DNA of 64,000 nucleotides from Psilocybe cubensis (Eukaryota): NCBI GenBank assembly GCA_017499595.2, contig CM039005.1, positions 744,001 to 808,000 of the forward strand, read 5' to 3'. Shown piece by piece: positions 59,130 to 64,000 of this stretch (position 1 is its first letter; each line of letters starts with the position of its first letter). The notes under the pieces were generated by a model. It saw only the letters and a program-made list of their open reading frames with translations, ran no database searches and was not told where the DNA came from. The position numbers and the translations under genes were made by a program.

Positions 59130-62035
59130 ATGACATCTCCCCACAGCAAGATAAAGAATGCTACTCGTAGACAGGCGGCTAATTTCGAATACAAGTACGT
59201 CTTCACAATGTTATCTATCAAATCTCTTATCTATTTAAATAAATGAAAAGGCTGGAGGATATCAGGGACGACCTTGAGACAGAGAATTCAACCAAGTGCA
59301 GCTTCGACGCTATTCTCAAGTATTTTCTCTCCCTTGTTCTTAGGGATGATGACCCAAAGAAGAGACGCTTGGACGTCATTCAGAAAGAGATCGAGGAGCT
59401 TCAATTGAAACGCTATGAGAAAAATTTGGTGGGAAATGGAAACACTACAATCAGAGGAGTCAGCACAGCTGCTGAGCCGGTTGAGACTTTGGGGGAAACA
59501 GCGAGTACACAACTTGAGCATAACAATGATAAGGATGACGACACCTGGTTTGGGTCACAGAAGGAGCAAGAACTGATCCAAGAACGGGATAACATACTGG
59601 ATGAGCTCCTGAACGAGGCTCTCGAATCAGTGCTGCCCGTTGCCAACAATGGGGATCTCATTAAAATGTTGGAGAATTTGTGAGTTTTACATTCGGTTAA
59701 ACTACGATGTAAATTACGACGTTCTATTTCAGCGCGACCGCATTTGCCAAAGGTAAAGCGGAATCGTCCCGCTATGGGGAATTCGTTCGTCTATGCAACA
59801 ACGCTCTCCAACGGCTAGCTTATGTAAATTCAAAGCGTCAGTTTCGAGAAAAAGATCGCCTCAACATTCGCTTTCATCGCAATGATCCCAGCCATATCAC
59901 GACCCACAACAAGGACATGCAGGATATTCACTGTAAGCCGGATGTTGTCATCACGCCTCTCATTGCTGCTCTACGTGCGGCCTCGCGGGGTCTAGAAGTC
60001 GATGTGAACTTTGACAAACCGCCCCGGAAGAGTTTCGAATGGGTTGATATCCTCTCGTGCCAGGACTTTAAATTAGTCAATGAGGGTATCCCTGCAGAAG
60101 GCAAGTCCGTGACAACCAGACAGTTTGAAATCGTGATTTCTTCACAAGCGTTGCAGCACGTACTTTCTTCGAAGCTAGACATCCTCTGCCCATTGCTACA
60201 GAAGGCTGTAGCTCGGAACGCGCTTCGGACGATGTATTCCTGGCGGAGAACACTCTGCCGTCGAAGAAACTAAGGCAATCGAATTCAGAGACGCCCACAA
60301 GTTCAGCATCCACATCTACAAGTTCGGCCATTGTCAATAATTCAAAAACAAAGGCAACCAAGGTTGAAACGAAAAGACAGCAGGTAATTAACGGGCGTGT
60401 GCAGTGTGAATCTTACGCGCTCGAAATGATGTCTTATAGTGCCGGGGTTCACCATGCCGTTAATTTACTCTTCACGGGTATGTTCTTTCTTTCGTCTTAT
60501 AAAAATATTTGCAGTCTCATCAGAATAGATGGCCATGTGTGGATTTGGTATCATGATCGCCAGGGTGTCGTTCAGTCTGACGGCCTCAGCATCTTTGCAG
60601 ACTTTTCTCGCTTCCTCGTCCTCCTTTTTGCTTTCCAGCGTTTCCGCGCAGAAGACTGGGGGATTATTCGTTGCCTCAATCCCCAATTTATAGATAGGGT
60701 TGAAAACGAGCCAGTGTCAAGGAACACACCAGGTCAGTAAGCCAACTCGTCAGGGAAAGAAGGATTCTTGTCAACTGTTAGAACCAGTGCCAGAACCCGG
60801 GATCAAATTCAACTTGAAGCGAGATCTGCGGAACGTTTGGGTTCCAGATGATCAGGGCAGCACACTTGCGACGGTTGTAGTTAACATGGATAATTTTTTA
60901 TCACACCCACCGCACAGCTTGAACGGCAACACCACAGCAGTTGTTTTGGCCCAGGGTTTTGATGAAGACGGTGCATTGGTGTCTGTACCAATGGTCTGTA
61001 AGATATATCACCCCGAGGTTGAACGACGACACGAAGGAGCAACCATCCAGGTCGTCCGTAAGATCGCCGCAGACGAGGACAAGACCATGCTCAAACACCT
61101 GCCCTCCGTACTGTTTTATGGAGATGTACCGGGATGTACCACTCATCGTATTCGGAGCATGATTAAACGACGATGGAAGGGCCACCGCACTCTCCGGATA
61201 TTGGGTCTCAGAAAGCTAGAGGAGATCACGACCGTCGACGGTGCAGATTTTGTCAAGGCTTGGCTTGAAACCGTTATATGTAAGCCATGATTATTTCTTG
61301 TAAATGATGATTTTGACATGGGATGCCTATTTAGGTCACGCATTTCTTTGGAAAAACTACGTTGAACATGGGGATCCTAGTCTAAGCAATATCATGTACG
61401 ACCCGGATGAAAATTGCGGGGTTCTGAGCGACTTTGATCTTTCTCTGTTGCAATGGGAACCTCGTGTCATTGGGACCCACGGTACCGGGACTGTCCCATT
61501 CATGGCCCTCGAACTCCTGAGAAAGAAGTACTGGGAAGGGAAAATCCAAAGATTTTATCACCATGAATTGGAATCATTCATCTGGATTCTTACCTATGTG
61601 ATTCTCCTTTATGACAGAGGGATTCGCAAAAAGAATGAGGCAGTTGATTCTTGGCGAACGTCGGACTATGACATGTGTCGTATGCAAAAGCGGGATTTCT
61701 ACTTTGATTCAAATCAAAAACTGGCAAACCAGGTTCAGGAAAACTACAAGACATACTGGCGCATGGCTCGACAACTCCTTTACAATCTCGTTCTTTGCCA
61801 TGCGGAACATCAAGGTCAGATGATGCGCTCATCGGCCAACAACGCACCTCGTCTGGCTTCCGACAATCTCTGGGAAAGGTTTAACTCTGTATTGCGCTCA
61901 ACCCTCCCGCCCAACAGTATTCTTGACCAGGAGGATCTTTTGGAACGACTCAAGTCTCAGAAGCCATCCTTTGAACCTCTTGATGAGACTATACGACACA
62001 CACTTCAGGCTAAGTATTCTGCCATAGTTCTGTAG
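59130..62035 (+). CDS. Fungal-specific protein kinase (FunK1/Pkinase_fungal-like), copy 1; possible frameshift near 60150-60190
   Basis: WIWYHDRQG, HGDPSLSNIM, GVLSDFDLS, TGTVPFMALELL and HHELESFIW motifs; multi-exon. Confidence 0.8.
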
Positions 62036-62769
62036 AACCCGTTGTAAAATCATTTCGGAACAAACTCTCACTCCAGCTCACTCCCCAATTACACATAGTC
62101 TGCGGTAGCCTGCAGTGGCAGAGCCTGGTACTTGATTTATTTCGTAGGCTTCGCGAACCTCTGTTGTAACTTGAATTCTGTTTCTTCATGTCTCGGTTTT
62201 CAATACATAATGTCCCGTTTTTTGTTCTGCTGTCTGCACCGTCTTGGTTCCTTTTCTTGAACTCTCACTTGACCCTCGTTGTCTTTATTCTTTCACCCCT
62301 CATTTTGTCGCCCCACCCTCCTCTCCCTTTTTCCATCCTTTCCAGTGCTTGGTACAGCCACCGTGGTTACCGGTTTCAGCACTTATGTGGTGCAACCCAT
62401 GCGCTCAGGCCTTTGGCGGCCCCCTTCTTCTCGTTTCCCCTCTTTGCGCGTTCACCTTAAGTTTCCGCGCTCTCTCTCGCGTCGGTTTTCACGCCAATCA
62501 TGTGATCCGACCGACTTCTGGTCTTTCAAAGACCATCCGCCAAAGCCCTACGCACCCACTAAATAATCAGTTCAACCATATATTTCTTTCCTTCTCTTCA
62601 CGTCTCACATCTCGACCCCTCTGATATAAGGGAAAGTTCACTACGAGCGATTTATCTTATCCGTTGTTTTTGGCTCGGCACCAACTCGGAGGCCCGTGGT
62701 GTCCCGTGGGAATGACTCGCGTGACTAGTAATAGCTCTGAGCCACTGCCAACACCCAACTCATCCTGAA

Positions 62770-64000
62770 ATGCCATCAACACCGAGCAAACTCAAGAGTG
62801 GTTCTCTTAGGCAAGCGGGTAGCCTCAAATATGTACGTCGTCACATCCCATATATAACTATCCTACCTACCTAAACAAAGACAAAGGCAGGAGGAGATCA
62901 GGGCCGATCTTGAGCCAGACATTGGGAATTCAACCAGATGCAGCGTCAACGCATTTCTCAAGCACTTTCTCTACACTATTCTTAGGGACGATGACCCAAA
63001 GAAGGTGAAGTTGAACGAAATACAGAAATCTATAGAGGAGCTACAGTTGAGACGCTATGGAGAGGATTTGACTATAAATGAGGACACTACGAACAATGGA
63101 GCCACTAGCGACAATGTCGCTGCTGATTTGGCTGGGACTTTGAACTCAGCAGCGAGAATACAAGAGCGTGCCAATGATAAGGACGACGATACTCTGCTTG
63201 GGTCCGAGAAGGAAAAACAGCTGGTCCAAGAAAGGGATGCATTACTGGATCAACTCCTAGCAGACGCCCTCGAATTAGTGAAACCTGTTGCCAACAACAG
63301 TGAGGTGATTAAAAGGTTGAAAAAATTGTGAGTTACATGTTTGGTTGAAGTGATGTACAAACTGTAACGGTCTATTGCCAGTGGAGAGGCATTCGAAAGC
63401 GGGGAAGCTGCTCGTTATGGCCCGTTTGTCTCACTATGTAACACAGCCCTCCTCCTCCTAGCTTCTTGCAACTCAAAGCATCACTTTCGAGAGAAAGATG
63501 GTCTCGACATTCAGTTTCACTGCAATGATCCTAGCAACATCATGTCTAGCTACGATGGTATGCAGGATATCGAGCGTAAGCCAGATGTTGTCATCACGTC
63601 TCTCATAGCTTCCCTACTCGCAGCCTCAAAAAAATCGCCCAAGTATAAATTCCAATGGTCCGATATCCTCGGGTGCGCAGAGTTTAAAGTTTTGAGGAAG
63701 GGTATTCCCGAAGACGGCAAGCCGTGGCTCGAAGTTTCCGAAGTAAAAGCTTCTCCTCAAGTGCGGGAGCACACTATTGAGGGTGTCGAACCACCCAACG
63801 CTACAGAAGGTTCTGGGTCAAAACGAGTTCGAGATGATGTGTCCGTTGCGGAAAACCTTTTGTCATCGAAAAGACAGCGGCAGTCGAATGGTACAGCGAC
63901 GCCTACAAATTCAAACCCCGTCTCTTCAGCCTCATTTCCGGAAAACAATTTAAATCTGCAGGTCAACATGATCGAACAGAGCACGCAACAAGCCACTAAT
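62770..64000 (+). CDS. Fungal-specific protein kinase, copy 2, 5' part (runs off the window)
   Basis: Tandem paralog of copy 1 (LRDDDPKK, IEELQLRRY, PVANN, KPDVVIT, WSDIL) with equivalent intron positions. Confidence 0.8.

Overview
Intron-rich fungal DNA, most likely an Agaricomycete (mushroom-forming basidiomycete). A core of conserved genes occupies the middle of the window: ALY/Yra1-like, AIP1, an Rrm4-like RRM+MLLE protein, a kinase-less Mad3, a phenolic acid decarboxylase missed by the ORF track, an atypical homeodomain-like protein, ERG6 and an MFS permease. Accessory DNA surrounds and interrupts it: four F-box/LRR-like genes, a HAD hydrolase, two FunK1-type kinases, an intact Tad-like LINE with a target-site duplication, and two 987-bp hAT-type non-autonomous elements with 8-bp target-site duplications. 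The most striking system is a family of seven small secreted proteins with 12 Cys in two repeats (5 intact, 1 frameshifted, 1 decayed), split between both ends of the window. Their C-x3-C loops (CTLEC, CTREC, CTKEC, CTRAC, CTYIC and others) and Cys spacing resemble potato type II (Pin-II, MEROPS I20) protease-inhibitor reactive loops, with a variable putative P1 residue. This suggests a diversifying set of double-headed fungal defence inhibitors. All family assignments come from motif recognition, not database searches.
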